From Verrucomicrobiota bacterium (GTDB lineage Bacteria; Verrucomicrobiota; Verrucomicrobiia; Opitutales; Cerasicoccaceae): 64,000 nt of DNA. This document shows, one piece after another, positions 50,785 through 60,575 of the stretch. The stretch lies in assembly GCA_039818205.1 (NCBI GenBank), contig JBCBUK010000009.1, positions 32,001-96,000 of the forward strand, written 5' to 3'. Both the position numbers and the translations under genes were made by a program. Position 1 is the first letter of the stretch. The number at the start of each line of letters is the position of its first letter. A model generated the notes under the pieces. The model was not told the DNA's origin, ran no database searches, and saw only the letters and a list, made by a program, of their open reading frames with translations.

Positions 50785-51587
50785 TTAAAGGAATCTCGAA
50801 TATATCTCGGTCGGTCAGTTATTATTCCATCAACTCCCATTTGAGTATGTCGTTTCGCCTTGGAGCCGCTATTAATGGTGTATACAAAAAACTCTAGATT
50901 GGCTTTTTTCGATTTCGAAACGAATTCGTGGCTTACCACTGCGTTTGCTTTCAATATCAGTCCATCCAAGTTTGCCGACACGGCGCGATCTATCGTTTGG
51001 TCGATCAATGATGGCCAATTCTGATAGTTTATGTTCTCGTTAATATGCACGATCCAAAAACAGTCTAGCTCAGGGAACGCATCTTTTGCTTGAGACATCG
51101 TATGGTAGTCGAAGCCGATCAGTCCGATTTGAAATGTGTGTTTCGTGCCCAAAATTGGTCTTAGCAATTCTATAATTTCGGGGCCTGATTTTAATTCCAA
51201 TAAAATCAGTTTGTTGGCGGGAACCGTATGTAAGACTTGTTCTAAAGTTGGTATCTTTGCACCTCGGTATTCTTTTCCTTTGAATGATCCGACATCAAGG
51301 TCTTGAAGTTCCGCCAGCGTTTGTCGATTTACCTGTCCTTTCCGGCCACCGATTCTTTCTGTGTTGTCGTCGTGGTAGGCGACGATCTGATTGTCTTTGG
51401 TGACTCGGATGTCGATTTCAATCGCGTCCGAACTGACCTGCCAGGCAAGAATTGCCGATTCTACCGTGTTTTCCGGAGCTAGATTCGATGCACCTCGATG
51501 TGCTATAATTATTGGATTTGCACCGAGATTTAAAGAGAAGCAGAACGACGCTAGTATGAAGAACAATCTGCTACATTCTACGCTCAT
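50781..51587 (-). CDS. Exported glycerophosphodiester phosphodiesterase
   Basis: IIAHRGAS, APENT, IEIDIRVTKD, HDD, IPTLEQV, GVDGIITDRP. Confidence 0.92.
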   Translation of the reverse strand: MSVECSRLFFILASFCFSLNLGANPIIIAHRGASNLAPENTVESAILAWQVSSDAIEIDIRVTKDNQIVAYHDDNTERIGGRKGQVNRQTLAELQDLDVGSFKGKEYRGAKIPTLEQVLHTVPANKLILLELKSGPEIIELLRPILGTKHTFQIGLIGFDYHTMSQAKDAFPELDCFWIVHINENINYQNWPSLIDQTIDRAVSANLDGLILKANAVVSHEFVSKSKKANLEFFVYTINSGSKAKRHTQMGVDGIITDRPRYIRDSFN

Positions 51588-51608
51588 CGAATACTATTCC
51601 GCAAGGCG

Positions 51609-53429
51609 CTAGACTGTCATCTCGACGTCGTGATAGGCGAGGAAGCTTTCAAGCCCTTTGGGCGTGAGGTAGCTTTTGAGCAAGCGCTGATCGGAATTGG
51701 TGAGGTCCACGACGATTAAGCCGTCCACGCAGTGTCCAAAGTCGGCATCTACATTAAACGAGAGCAGGGTGCCATTGAGCTTAAGATAGTGCCGCAGCAA
51801 GACGGGAACGCCTTTGGAGTCCTCTTCGATCTCTGAGATCAATGCTGATACGTCGTCGATGCTGCGAACCGAAGCGACGGCTTCTTTTTCGGTCGCCCCC
51901 AAAGCGCTCTTGGGTGGGTGCTTGGCTTTCACGAAGGACGCCAGCTCGTGGTGGAATTTGTTTTTGCGGAGGAACTTTACCATCAAATCCTTGGAGACTG
52001 CGGTGTATTCCTGGCTAATACTCACTGGCCCAAAGAGTGTGCGGTATTGGGGATTGGCAACGACGAATAGCCCGATACCGCGCCAGATCAATGACAGTGA
52101 AGCGTGCTTCTTTTGATAGTCTGGTGCGATGAATGAGCGACCAACTTCCAAGGCAGGGCCCAGACGCTCAAAGAACTCTGGCTTGAACTTAAATAGAGAT
52201 GCGGTGTAGAGGCCCTGGCGTCCCTGGGTAAGCAGAATTTCGTCCGTCAACCCGATGCGGTAGCTACCAACGATGGCGCTCTTCTTTTTGTCCCACATGA
52301 AGAGGTGGCGATAGTGGAGGTCGTATCGATCAAGGTCGGTCGACTCGCCAGTTCCCTCGCCGACAATGCGGAAAGTCCGTTCCCGGAGGCGGCCGAGTTC
52401 TTCGAGCACTTCCGGAATTTCGGTGGCGTGCGCCCAAAAGACTTGGAAGTCGCCATGCTCGGTCAGCAAACGGTCAGTGGGAAGTCCGGCAATTTCTTTG
52501 GCGAGCACCGCGGGAGCGGTTGATTCCGCAATGGGAGCCATGGGCGTTTCGCGCTTGGGTAGACGCGGGAACGAGAATCGTCGCCGCGGTTTGTCGTCAC
52601 CTTCGCGTTCGGCCAAGAGGTAAGTCTTGAGCCGGAGGAAATCGGTCATCGCCTGGTTGCTCGAAAAGTCCTTGAGCTGGCGGTAGGCCAAGGGTTGGCC
52701 GATCCGCAGCCGCACCGTTGTGCTGGTCCGCTTGGCCATCTCGCGCGGGAGGGTCGCGGTCCGCAGCATCGGGTGTATCAAACCTGCGATCTGATAGAGC
52801 CAACTGTTATGCCCTTCAAAGTAGACTGGGGTCACCGTCGCTTGGGCCTTGTGAACCAGGCGGGCAGTGTTATCGAGCCACGGTGGATCGGTGATTTGTC
52901 GCTTGCCCCAATACCAATGGGAGACCGTGCCGGAGGGAAACGTGCCGACGCAGCCACCGTCCCGGAGAAAACGAATGGTCTCTTTCATCGCGGCAAAGTT
53001 GCTCCGTGCCGCTTCTGGTCCGCCAAATGGATCGACGGCGATAAGCCATGGGCGGATCTCTGGCATGCGCGCGAGCAGGTAATTGGCGAGCAGCTTCGAA
53101 TCGTCGCGAATGGCGGTGATCAAGGCTCCCAAAACAACGCCGTCGACGGCTCCAAACGGATGGTTGCTCACGACGAGCACGGGGCCCTCCGTTGGGATCT
53201 TGGCGAGGTCTTCTTCGCTGACTTCATAAGCGACGTCGAGCGAGCGCAATGACTTCTCAAAGAAGTTGATCGTCGAGTGGTCGACGGAGACCCGATGGTA
53301 GATTTCGTTGAGCGCGGTAACACCCATGAAATCCTCCAGTGGCTTTCCGCCTAGATTGTAGACCGCTCGCTTCCATCCCGTCAGGGAATTGCGGACATTG
53401 ATAATCTGGCTGGCTGCTTCTGGAGGCAT
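51609..53429 (-). CDS. Bifunctional PlsC-type acyltransferase + GNAT N-acyltransferase (OlsF-like amino-lipid synthase)
   Basis: N-half VVSNHPFGAVDG, FPSG; C-half GRLRERTFR..GEG, DLDRYD, LEVGRSFI, LFGPVSIS, VPVLLRHY. Confidence 0.8.
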   Translation of the reverse strand: MPPEAASQIINVRNSLTGWKRAVYNLGGKPLEDFMGVTALNEIYHRVSVDHSTINFFEKSLRSLDVAYEVSEEDLAKIPTEGPVLVVSNHPFGAVDGVVLGALITAIRDDSKLLANYLLARMPEIRPWLIAVDPFGGPEAARSNFAAMKETIRFLRDGGCVGTFPSGTVSHWYWGKRQITDPPWLDNTARLVHKAQATVTPVYFEGHNSWLYQIAGLIHPMLRTATLPREMAKRTSTTVRLRIGQPLAYRQLKDFSSNQAMTDFLRLKTYLLAEREGDDKPRRRFSFPRLPKRETPMAPIAESTAPAVLAKEIAGLPTDRLLTEHGDFQVFWAHATEIPEVLEELGRLRERTFRIVGEGTGESTDLDRYDLHYRHLFMWDKKKSAIVGSYRIGLTDEILLTQGRQGLYTASLFKFKPEFFERLGPALEVGRSFIAPDYQKKHASLSLIWRGIGLFVVANPQYRTLFGPVSISQEYTAVSKDLMVKFLRKNKFHHELASFVKAKHPPKSALGATEKEAVASVRSIDDVSALISEIEEDSKGVPVLLRHYLKLNGTLLSFNVDADFGHCVDGLIVVDLTNSDQRLLKSYLTPKGLESFLAYHDVEMTV

Positions 53430-53604
53430 TCAGAAAACAGTAGGATTCGTGCATTATGTCACAAGCAAGAAACGCGAAGTCTTCGGTTTGTTTTGAAAGT
53501 TTTTGGAACGATATGGCTCTAAGGTCTCATCGCTTGAAACCGAAATATGATGACCAGTTGATACTTTCTTGCGTTCGGTTGGGGAATTTGTCACTGTTTT
53601 TAGG

Positions 53605-54450
53605 TTGAAAGCTATTAGAGAGCAGATTCCTCTTCGGAGCAACGAATCCTTTTCGGCCTACCAATATAGTGGTCCGGAATTTGATGCACCGTATCATTTT
53701 CATCCGGAGATCGAGGTCGTTTACATTGAGGCGGGAAAAGGCTTCCGTATCGTCGGAGATCATACGGGATCATTCTATCCGGGCGACCTGTGTTTGTTTG
53801 GCGGGAACCTGCCACATTTTTATCACGCGGATAGCACTTCGAAGCGCGCCTCATCGCTGGTCATTCAATTCTTGCCCGAGCTGATGGATTCGGTTGTTTC
53901 CACGACGGAGATGGCTCCGGTGCAGCGTTTGATGAAACTGGCCCAACAAGGCGTTTGTTTTAGCCGCTATCAATCGACGGAGACGGTGGATCTGATGCGG
54001 AAGGTTATTGATTCCAATGGTCCAGATCGCCTCCTCACCTTGTTGCATTTGTTGACGAATTTGACCCGAGTGCCCGAATCTCAGCCCCTTGCGAGTCTGG
54101 GGTTTTTGCATGATCCCGATCAGGAGCAAACGGCGCGAATTGAACGGATCTGGACCATCCTAATGCACCGCTTTAGCGAGGAGATCAGCCAGGCGAGCGT
54201 CGCGTACGAGATGAATATGAGCACTTCCGCGTTCAGCCGATTGTTTCGCCGTGCAACGAACATGACTTTCACCGATGCATTGATCGAGATTCGTCTGGGT
54301 CACGCTTGCCGGCAGCTTCAAGAGAACGACTCAACCATTAGCGAGATTTGTTTCAACTCCGGATTCAACAACCTCTCCAACTTCAACCGCCATTTCAAGA
54401 AGCGCTACGGCGTTTCTCCTCGTGAGTGGCGGCAGCAGTTGGACGTATAA
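53605..54450 (+). CDS. AraC-family regulator with cupin sensor
   Basis: YHFHPEIE, GGNLPH, AFSRLFRR, SGFNNLSNFNRHFK; start TTG 53605 (or 53569). Confidence 0.9.
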   Translation: MKAIREQIPLRSNESFSAYQYSGPEFDAPYHFHPEIEVVYIEAGKGFRIVGDHTGSFYPGDLCLFGGNLPHFYHADSTSKRASSLVIQFLPELMDSVVSTTEMAPVQRLMKLAQQGVCFSRYQSTETVDLMRKVIDSNGPDRLLTLLHLLTNLTRVPESQPLASLGFLHDPDQEQTARIERIWTILMHRFSEEISQASVAYEMNMSTSAFSRLFRRATNMTFTDALIEIRLGHACRQLQENDSTISEICFNSGFNNLSNFNRHFKKRYGVSPREWRQQLDV

Positions 54451-54453
54451 TCG

Positions 54454-55101
54454 CTAGCCTCCAAACGTGATCGATTTGTCGAGAATATGGGCGATCGCCT
54501 CGCCGAGGGTGCGGTGATCTGGCTGATCGATGTGGACGCCGTCTTGAGGGCTGGTTCGAATGACGGTTCCTGCGTCGAAAAAGTAGGTCCGGTGGTCGTT
54601 CGCGACCGTTTCTAAGGCTTCAGCGAATCCAAGGCAACGCTCATCGGCGCCGGTAAACTTGGGCGCGATGCTGCCCTTGGGGTCAACGATGGCCGGGGGC
54701 GCAACCACCATGATTTCTGGCGTTGGCATGCCAGGTTCGATGGGGGCGTTTCGAATGATTTTGATTAGCTTGGCAACTCCCTCAGCAGCCAATGACGCGT
54801 CGTTGTTGTGCGACCGTTGAAAGTCGTTGGTCCCGAGCATGACAATCACCAACTTCAGCGGCGAATGCATCTCGATGACCTGAGCCAAGCCTTGCGATCC
54901 ATCACGCCCGTCAAGGAAAGGCGAGCTCCAGGCGGTCCTGCGGCCATTCAGACAGTTCTCAACCACCCGGACGGATTTGCCCGTCGCGAGAAGGCAGTTT
55001 TCAAGAACACCAGGCCAGCGCTGATCGAAGGGAAGGCGTTGGCGAGTCCCCGGAATAATGCCCCAGGATTGGCTATCCGAATAGACGAGGATTTGATCCA
55101 T
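54454..55101 (-). CDS. SGNH/GDSL hydrolase
   Basis: YSDSQSWG, LNGR, MLGTND, DGVH. Confidence 0.9.
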   Translation of the reverse strand: MDQILVYSDSQSWGIIPGTRQRLPFDQRWPGVLENCLLATGKSVRVVENCLNGRRTAWSSPFLDGRDGSQGLAQVIEMHSPLKLVIVMLGTNDFQRSHNNDASLAAEGVAKLIKIIRNAPIEPGMPTPEIMVVAPPAIVDPKGSIAPKFTGADERCLGFAEALETVANDHRTYFFDAGTVIRTSPQDGVHIDQPDHRTLGEAIAHILDKSITFGG

Positions 55102-55109
55102 GGACCAAC

Positions 55110-56309
55110 TTATTGCGAAGTGTTTGGTGCCTCAGTTGATTCTTTCTTAATCGTCTCCTCGACTTCGTTGGTGCTGTTCTCGATGGCGGTTTCGGCTTGC
55201 TCGGCGGCATGCTCGGCCCGGGCCTTGATTTGCTCGCTTTCGGGCACTGGGGTGACGAGGATCGGCACGATCATAGCCAACCCAATTGCGACGGCTGAAC
55301 CCAAAAATGCTTTGCCTGCGTCACCAAATACGAGACGGCTTACTTCCTGCTTTCCTCGATGGTGCATAAGCAAAGCGAGGCCGATTTCACGCCCTGCCAG
55401 TAGGCCGAGGAAAACCCATGTCGTGCTCATCGGCATCTTGGGCGGCCAAGGCACTTCTAGACCCATTGCGGCAAATAATTGCGGGATGTAGTCGACCTTG
55501 AAAAAGAGCAGGACTAGGCCATATAGAAGGTCGATAAATGTCGCCGAGCGGACATCGAGAGTGTTGGTTTTGCTGGTGACGATTTTCTGAATTTTACCGC
55601 CCCGCGTGCGGATCAAATAGCCTTGGAGAAGCGTCATGCCCACAAGCGAGGCCACCAGCCCAGCAATGTGCAGCTCGCGTGGCAAATAGACAAAAATGTT
55701 CGCCAGATCCTGGACAAGCCACATCGACCACAGGAAGCCGGTGGAGAGCCATTGGAATACGGTCCAATACGGGTGAGGCTTTTTATCACCGTAGGTCGCG
55801 CGAAAGTGTTTTTCTAGCTTACCGGTGACGAGCCAAAAGATCACCAAGCCGAGCACAAACGCGATGACGTAGCCGACGAGCGACTTCTCCATCATCGTGC
55901 CAAATAGGTCTAGCGCCTCGGTATGGCTGTTGCCTTCTTGCGCGGCCACAATGCCTTTGAAGCCGGTGAGGACTAACAGCGAGGTACTGACTGGTATGCC
56001 CAAGCGCGTGAGGATAACGAGCGCTAATGGTGGCAAGATAAACACCCAGGTAAAATAGCCGCCGTAGTCGGCGGGGAATGGGATGTTTTTTGCGGCCAGT
56101 CGACCAAATGCCGGGTCCCCGCCATTGGAAACCCATCCCCAGGTAATTGTCACCACCATGATGCCCGAGATCCATATCCAAAGGATCCACCAGGGGCGTT
56201 TTGCATTGGAGCTGAGAAAGGTGCCAAGGGTTTGGATCGAGTCGTTCGCTACAATGGAGTATGCCGCGAGGCAGAATCCAAGAACCATTAATATTTCGGA
56301 TATTCCCAT
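55110..56309 (-). CDS. Multi-pass membrane protein, distant PiT/PHO4-like transporter
   Basis: Many TMs; IVANDSIQTLGT, GIPVSTS, QDLAN, PMSTTWVFLG resemble the two PiT signature repeats. Confidence 0.6.
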   Translation of the reverse strand: MGISEILMVLGFCLAAYSIVANDSIQTLGTFLSSNAKRPWWILWIWISGIMVVTITWGWVSNGGDPAFGRLAAKNIPFPADYGGYFTWVFILPPLALVILTRLGIPVSTSLLVLTGFKGIVAAQEGNSHTEALDLFGTMMEKSLVGYVIAFVLGLVIFWLVTGKLEKHFRATYGDKKPHPYWTVFQWLSTGFLWSMWLVQDLANIFVYLPRELHIAGLVASLVGMTLLQGYLIRTRGGKIQKIVTSKTNTLDVRSATFIDLLYGLVLLFFKVDYIPQLFAAMGLEVPWPPKMPMSTTWVFLGLLAGREIGLALLMHHRGKQEVSRLVFGDAGKAFLGSAVAIGLAMIVPILVTPVPESEQIKARAEHAAEQAETAIENSTNEVEETIKKESTEAPNTSQ

Positions 56310-56375
56310 AGCAATCAGTAAAAACGGGCCAGATGGTCCGGGATTCTCGGATGCCCGTCAATGCCCGTTTCATCC

Positions 56376-56393
56376 GTTACACATTAGTAACAA
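56376..56393 (-). promoter_or_regulatory. Pho-box-like element upstream of the PiT-like gene
   Basis: Minus strand TTGTTAC-TAAT-GTGTAAC; also a perfect GTTAC-N6-GTAAC inverted repeat. Confidence 0.35.
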
Positions 56394-56409
56394 CTCGGGC
56401 CACGTGAGC

Positions 56410-56556
56410 CTAATCGGAGCTCTGTAGTTCGATAGGGCCCGCATTGGCGGACGGATTATCTCCCCAGATAACCATGCCCGCCAAGCCGGCGAGCAAGATT
56501 ATGAGGATGACGGTCAGCGTCCGCGCTTCCTGAGTGGTGATCCTTAGCGGACCCAT
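56410..56556 (-). CDS. 48-aa single-TM small protein (below ORF-track cutoff)
   Basis: MGPLRITTQEARTLTVILIILLAGLAGMVIWGDNPSANAGPIELQSSD; ATG 6 nt after the upstream stop, same strand. Confidence 0.6.
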   Translation of the reverse strand: MGPLRITTQEARTLTVILIILLAGLAGMVIWGDNPSANAGPIELQSSD

Positions 56557-56562
56557 TGGCGA

Positions 56563-57342
56563 TTACTCGAAGAGGCCCTTGATCGCTTCGCCCGCTTGGT
56601 TGATGGCCTCGCCGGCTTCCTTGGTGTCTTCACCGCCGGTCAGACCTTTGAGCAGTGCCTGCGGGTCGTGGCGGATCTCGCTGGCCATTTCGGCAACGGT
56701 TTCTATGACCTTTTCAAGGACAACGCTCATCACATACTCAATCGCCTCGGCGGGTTCAACACCTTCGCCGCCAAAGTCTTTGTCGATCGTTGGCAGGGGC
56801 AGCTCCTTCTTGATAGTCAAGACGGCGAGGTCGACCTGGCCATCGCTGACGATCAATTTATGCAGGACCAGTGTTTTTTCCGAACCGTCATCGGCTGAGG
56901 TGTCATCGCTTGGCTTGTCGCCTTTGGATGGCATCTTATCCCGGAACTTCTTAATGTTGTTGTTGATGACTTGGAGGTTGTTGCCGCTGAGGGATTGCTC
57001 GACGGTAAACTCGGGGGCAACGATCCGGATCTCATTAACCTCGATGCGGTCGGAGAAGATCGTCTTCGGATTGAGGTCCACGTAGATTTCGCTGCAAGTC
57101 ATCGCTGACGGGTCGGAAAACCCATCCGGGTTGCCGACATTCAGGCCGTTGATACCCAAGTTACCGCCAAACACATTGACGCTGGCGCTATCGATGTAGG
57201 TGTTGGTGCCGGTAATCTCTGGTCCCAATTTGTTGAAGGCAGCTTTTACGCCGCCGCCGACGATGGAGTTGAGCCCGATGAAAAGGGCCACGAGGCCGAT
57301 GATGACGAGGAAGATAAATCCCAGAAACAGCTTTTTAATCAT
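56563..57342 (-). CDS. AsmA/DUF748-like N-terminally anchored periplasmic protein
   Basis: N-terminal TM; GLNVGNPDGFS, IEVNEIRIVAPE, NNLQVI. Confidence 0.7.
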   Translation of the reverse strand: MIKKLFLGFIFLVIIGLVALFIGLNSIVGGGVKAAFNKLGPEITGTNTYIDSASVNVFGGNLGINGLNVGNPDGFSDPSAMTCSEIYVDLNPKTIFSDRIEVNEIRIVAPEFTVEQSLSGNNLQVINNNIKKFRDKMPSKGDKPSDDTSADDGSEKTLVLHKLIVSDGQVDLAVLTIKKELPLPTIDKDFGGEGVEPAEAIEYVMSVVLEKVIETVAEMASEIRHDPQALLKGLTGGEDTKEAGEAINQAGEAIKGLFE

Positions 57343-57391
57343 AGTGGATATTGGTTTGAGTTAGCTATGCATCGGCTAAGTGCCAAATTGA

Positions 57392-59161
57392 TTAACCCTC
57401 AGCGACATCGGCCAAACGGTTGAATGCACTGACCAAGGCCTTGATGCCGGCCAATTCGATTGAAGGGTCCAATCCGCAACCCCACAAAGTTTTACCGTCC
57501 GAGTCGCGAACGATCTGAACGTAGGCCGCCGCATCGGAGGCCGAGCCATCGGTTAATGCATGGCTTCGGTAGTCGGTCACTTTAAAGTTTTTCAGACCCT
57601 GTCCATCCAAGGCTTGCGCCAAGGCATTGATTGGGCCGTTGCCGTAACCCTCGACGACTTCGTTGGAGCCCTTGTAATCGAGCGAAAACGTCCACCCATA
57701 CTCGGATTCTCGGCGCGCGCGCTGGTGGACCAATTTGCCATCGTCGTTCGTGCCTTCGACGTAGTGCTCATCGTGGTCGAGCATAATCAATGGTCCCTCG
57801 CGGTTGACGAATTCTTGGTAGAAAACATCGCGGATTTCATCCGGCGTCAACTCGCGGCCTTGGCCGTCCGCTTTCGCTCCAACGGCAGTGCCCACTTCGG
57901 GGTGCATTGATTTTGGCAGATCCAACCCGTGTTCGCGGTCCAGCACGTAAGCGATGCCGCCTTTGCCACTTTGGCTATTGATGCGAATGATGGCCTCGTA
58001 GTTTCGACCGATGTCTTGCGGGTCGATCGTCAAGTAGGGGACCGCCCATTCAACATCGGCTGAATCATCACCACTTTCGGCAGATTCATTCGCAATGATG
58101 TCCATCCCTTTCTTAATTGCGTCTTGGTGGCTTCCAGAAAACGCAGTGAAGACCAACTCGCCAGCATAGGGATGGCGCTCGTGCACGTCCATGCGGGTTA
58201 CGCGCTCATAAACCATCCGGATGTGATCGAGTTTGGAGAAATCCAAGCCGGTTTCGATGCCGTGGCTGTTCATGTTCAACGCGACGGTGACGATGTCCAA
58301 ATTTCCGGTGCGTTCGCCATTGCCAAACAAGGTGCCTTCGACGCGGTCGGCTCCAGCCAATAAACCAAGCTCGGTTGCCGCCGTACCGGTTCCACGGTCA
58401 TTATGAGTGTGCAGGGAGACATGGACCTTGTCGCGAATGCCGTCTTTCTCTAACTGACGGCAGAACCACTCGATCATGTCGGCGTGCACGTTGGGTGTTG
58501 CCCACTCAACCGTGGCGGGCAGATTCAAAATAATGGGTGCTTCCTTGGTCGGCCCCCAAACCTCGGTGACCGCCTTGCAAATTTCGTAAGCGTAGTCCAC
58601 CTCGGTGTCGGAGAAGCTCTCGGGCGAGTACTGGAAGAGCAACTCGGTCTCCGTGACCTCGTTGGCCAAAGAGCGGACCAACTTGGCACCGTCGACAGCA
58701 ATATCCTTGATCTTACCCTTCGACGCGTTGCTAAAGGTTACCCGACGCTGCAGAGGCGAGGTGCTATTATACAAGTGGACGATCGCCCGCTTGATGCCGA
58801 CTAATGACTCAAAAGTACGGCGGATCAAATGTTCCCGCGCCTGGACCAAGCACTGGACCGTGACATCGTCCGGGATTAAATTCTCGTCGGCCAAGCGGCG
58901 GAAAAAGCGGAACTCCGTATCGGATGCTGAGGGGAAGCCGACTTCGATTTGCTTAAAGCCGATGTCGCACAGCAATTGAAAATATTCCAGCTTCTCCTCG
59001 ACGTTCATGGGAACGGCAAGGGCTTGATTGCCGTCGCGCAAATCAACGCTGGTCCAGATCGGGGCACGGTCCAGGTGACGGTCCGGCCATTGGCGGTCGG
59101 GCAACCGGGTTTCAAATTTTTCGTGGAAGGGTCGGTATTTTCGCAAGGATGCGGGTTTCAT
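57392..59161 (-). CDS. leuA: 2-isopropylmalate synthase
   Basis: WTSVDLRDGNQAL, IEVGFPSAS, YSPESF, SLHTHNDRG, GNGERTGN, AFSGSHQDAI, GNGPINA. Confidence 0.96.
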   Translation of the reverse strand: MKPASLRKYRPFHEKFETRLPDRQWPDRHLDRAPIWTSVDLRDGNQALAVPMNVEEKLEYFQLLCDIGFKQIEVGFPSASDTEFRFFRRLADENLIPDDVTVQCLVQAREHLIRRTFESLVGIKRAIVHLYNSTSPLQRRVTFSNASKGKIKDIAVDGAKLVRSLANEVTETELLFQYSPESFSDTEVDYAYEICKAVTEVWGPTKEAPIILNLPATVEWATPNVHADMIEWFCRQLEKDGIRDKVHVSLHTHNDRGTGTAATELGLLAGADRVEGTLFGNGERTGNLDIVTVALNMNSHGIETGLDFSKLDHIRMVYERVTRMDVHERHPYAGELVFTAFSGSHQDAIKKGMDIIANESAESGDDSADVEWAVPYLTIDPQDIGRNYEAIIRINSQSGKGGIAYVLDREHGLDLPKSMHPEVGTAVGAKADGQGRELTPDEIRDVFYQEFVNREGPLIMLDHDEHYVEGTNDDGKLVHQRARRESEYGWTFSLDYKGSNEVVEGYGNGPINALAQALDGQGLKNFKVTDYRSHALTDGSASDAAAYVQIVRDSDGKTLWGCGLDPSIELAGIKALVSAFNRLADVAEG

Positions 59162-59329
59162 GATCAAAGTCCTAAAGTGAAGGTTGAAATCGATGCTGCC
59201 AAGCGCGAATCGCGCACGCGAATCGCTGGCAAATTACAAGATTCGGCAATCAGTTACCAAGAAATCGATGGGTATTCGGGAAACAATCCCGAGGCCTCTA
59301 CCAGGCCATGAAAAATTAACTTGTCCCCC

Positions 59330-59377
59330 TCAGGGGAGAAGCTTCGCGGCCAACAAACTGCGTAAGGCGCTTTTCAT
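59330..59377 (-). CDS. Leucine-rich leader peptide of leuA (MKSALRSLLAAKLLP)
   Basis: 5 Leu codons in 15 (TTA, TTG TTG, CTT CTC); stop lies in a hairpin; TTGACA at 59413-59418 upstream. Confidence 0.65.
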   Translation of the reverse strand: MKSALRSLLAAKLLP

Positions 59378-59472
59378 AGTCTGGAACTGAGAATCGGGTA
59401 GTGGGGAATAGATGTCAAGCTTGGGAGGCTGAATCATTATGCCGAGCAACCGGCAGAAATTTTCTTTTATTT

Positions 59473-60426
59473 CTAAGGTTTGTCCGAAGTGTTGAGCAAG
59501 ACTTCCGCGGTCACCATGAGATGGTCGGAATGGGCCAATCTAATGACTTCGCCACCCGATAATGTAGCATTCTTACCTAGAATCCAATCGATCTTTAGGC
59601 GTGGTTCTTGAGAAGGAAACGTGTAGTGCTCGGGATTGTCTAGAAGCGCTGGACTAAAGTCTTCTGAAAATAGATAAGTCATGGTGTTTTCTTTACCAGC
59701 GAGTATGCCAGACGGAGAGGAGTTAAAATCACCGAGAGCGATGAGAGGCATATCCCCCTGGTTTGCCAGTGAAGCGATGCTCTTCGCCGCTTTCACACGA
59801 GTAAGTTCGTCCCGGTATTCCAAGTGAACGGCGACAATTTGAATGAGCCCTCCCGGAAGGTTAACATCGGCGACAAATCCGTCGTGGTTTCCGATGAACC
59901 AAGACTCAAGGCTAGAGTAGGGTTCGAAATAGACGGGCTCGGCCTTAACTATCGGATATTTGCTTAACAGCGCATTCCCAAAGTTAAGTTGATAGAACGG
60001 CAATGAAACCAGGTAATTGGGCTGCTCAAGGAGATACGCGAATCCGCATTTCTGAGCAAGATACTCTGCTTGGTTTATGTTAAAACTCCAAGACGTTGAA
60101 AAATCGATCTCGTTGAGCACGATAAGGTCCAGGTTTGCGTTCGAAATCTGTTCGGCGATTGCATCCAAGCGGGTTAGCAAGTCTTCCTTTGACTTGTTGT
60201 CCCAGTTACTTGCGCCGAGAACTCCGCCTCGGCCATGTGCTATGTTGTAGGCTGCGACCCTCAACGAATCGCCACCGTTGTTCGGATCCTCAAGCTTTCG
60301 GATTTGTAGCGGTGAGAAAGCATGGTGCGCACGGCTATAGCCGTACCACAATCCAATCGCTAGAAATAAAACGATGCAGATCCTGAGTAGCGTCTTGATG
60401 AAGCGGCGCATCTTATCATTGGTCAC
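59473..60426 (-). CDS. Endonuclease/exonuclease/phosphatase family protein, membrane-anchored
   Basis: AAYNIAHGRG, LNEID, GNALLSKYP, LGDFNS, IDWIL, SDHL. Confidence 0.9.
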   Translation of the reverse strand: MTNDKMRRFIKTLLRICIVLFLAIGLWYGYSRAHHAFSPLQIRKLEDPNNGGDSLRVAAYNIAHGRGGVLGASNWDNKSKEDLLTRLDAIAEQISNANLDLIVLNEIDFSTSWSFNINQAEYLAQKCGFAYLLEQPNYLVSLPFYQLNFGNALLSKYPIVKAEPVYFEPYSSLESWFIGNHDGFVADVNLPGGLIQIVAVHLEYRDELTRVKAAKSIASLANQGDMPLIALGDFNSSPSGILAGKENTMTYLFSEDFSPALLDNPEHYTFPSQEPRLKIDWILGKNATLSGGEVIRLAHSDHLMVTAEVLLNTSDKP

Positions 60427-60575
60427 TAGCGAACCGCTCTCGTTCCAAAAATGCTAGAGAACTATTTATTGAGACGGGAAGGGTCACTCCCAGAAGTATG
60501 CTCGCAGAATTGAATACCTAGTAGTCCAAAAGCGACTCCGGTGATTTCTAATATCTCATCGGTCGAAGCGAAGCG

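Noticed and set aside
57368..57386. TTGGCAC...TGCA as a sigma54 promoter upstream of the AsmA-like gene
   Set aside because: GG-to-GC spacing is 12 nt, not the required 10
60427..60575. Intergenic segment with CGAAGCGAAGCG and a short hairpin as REP/attC or riboswitch
   Set aside because: Single occurrence and no recognisable attC or riboswitch architecture
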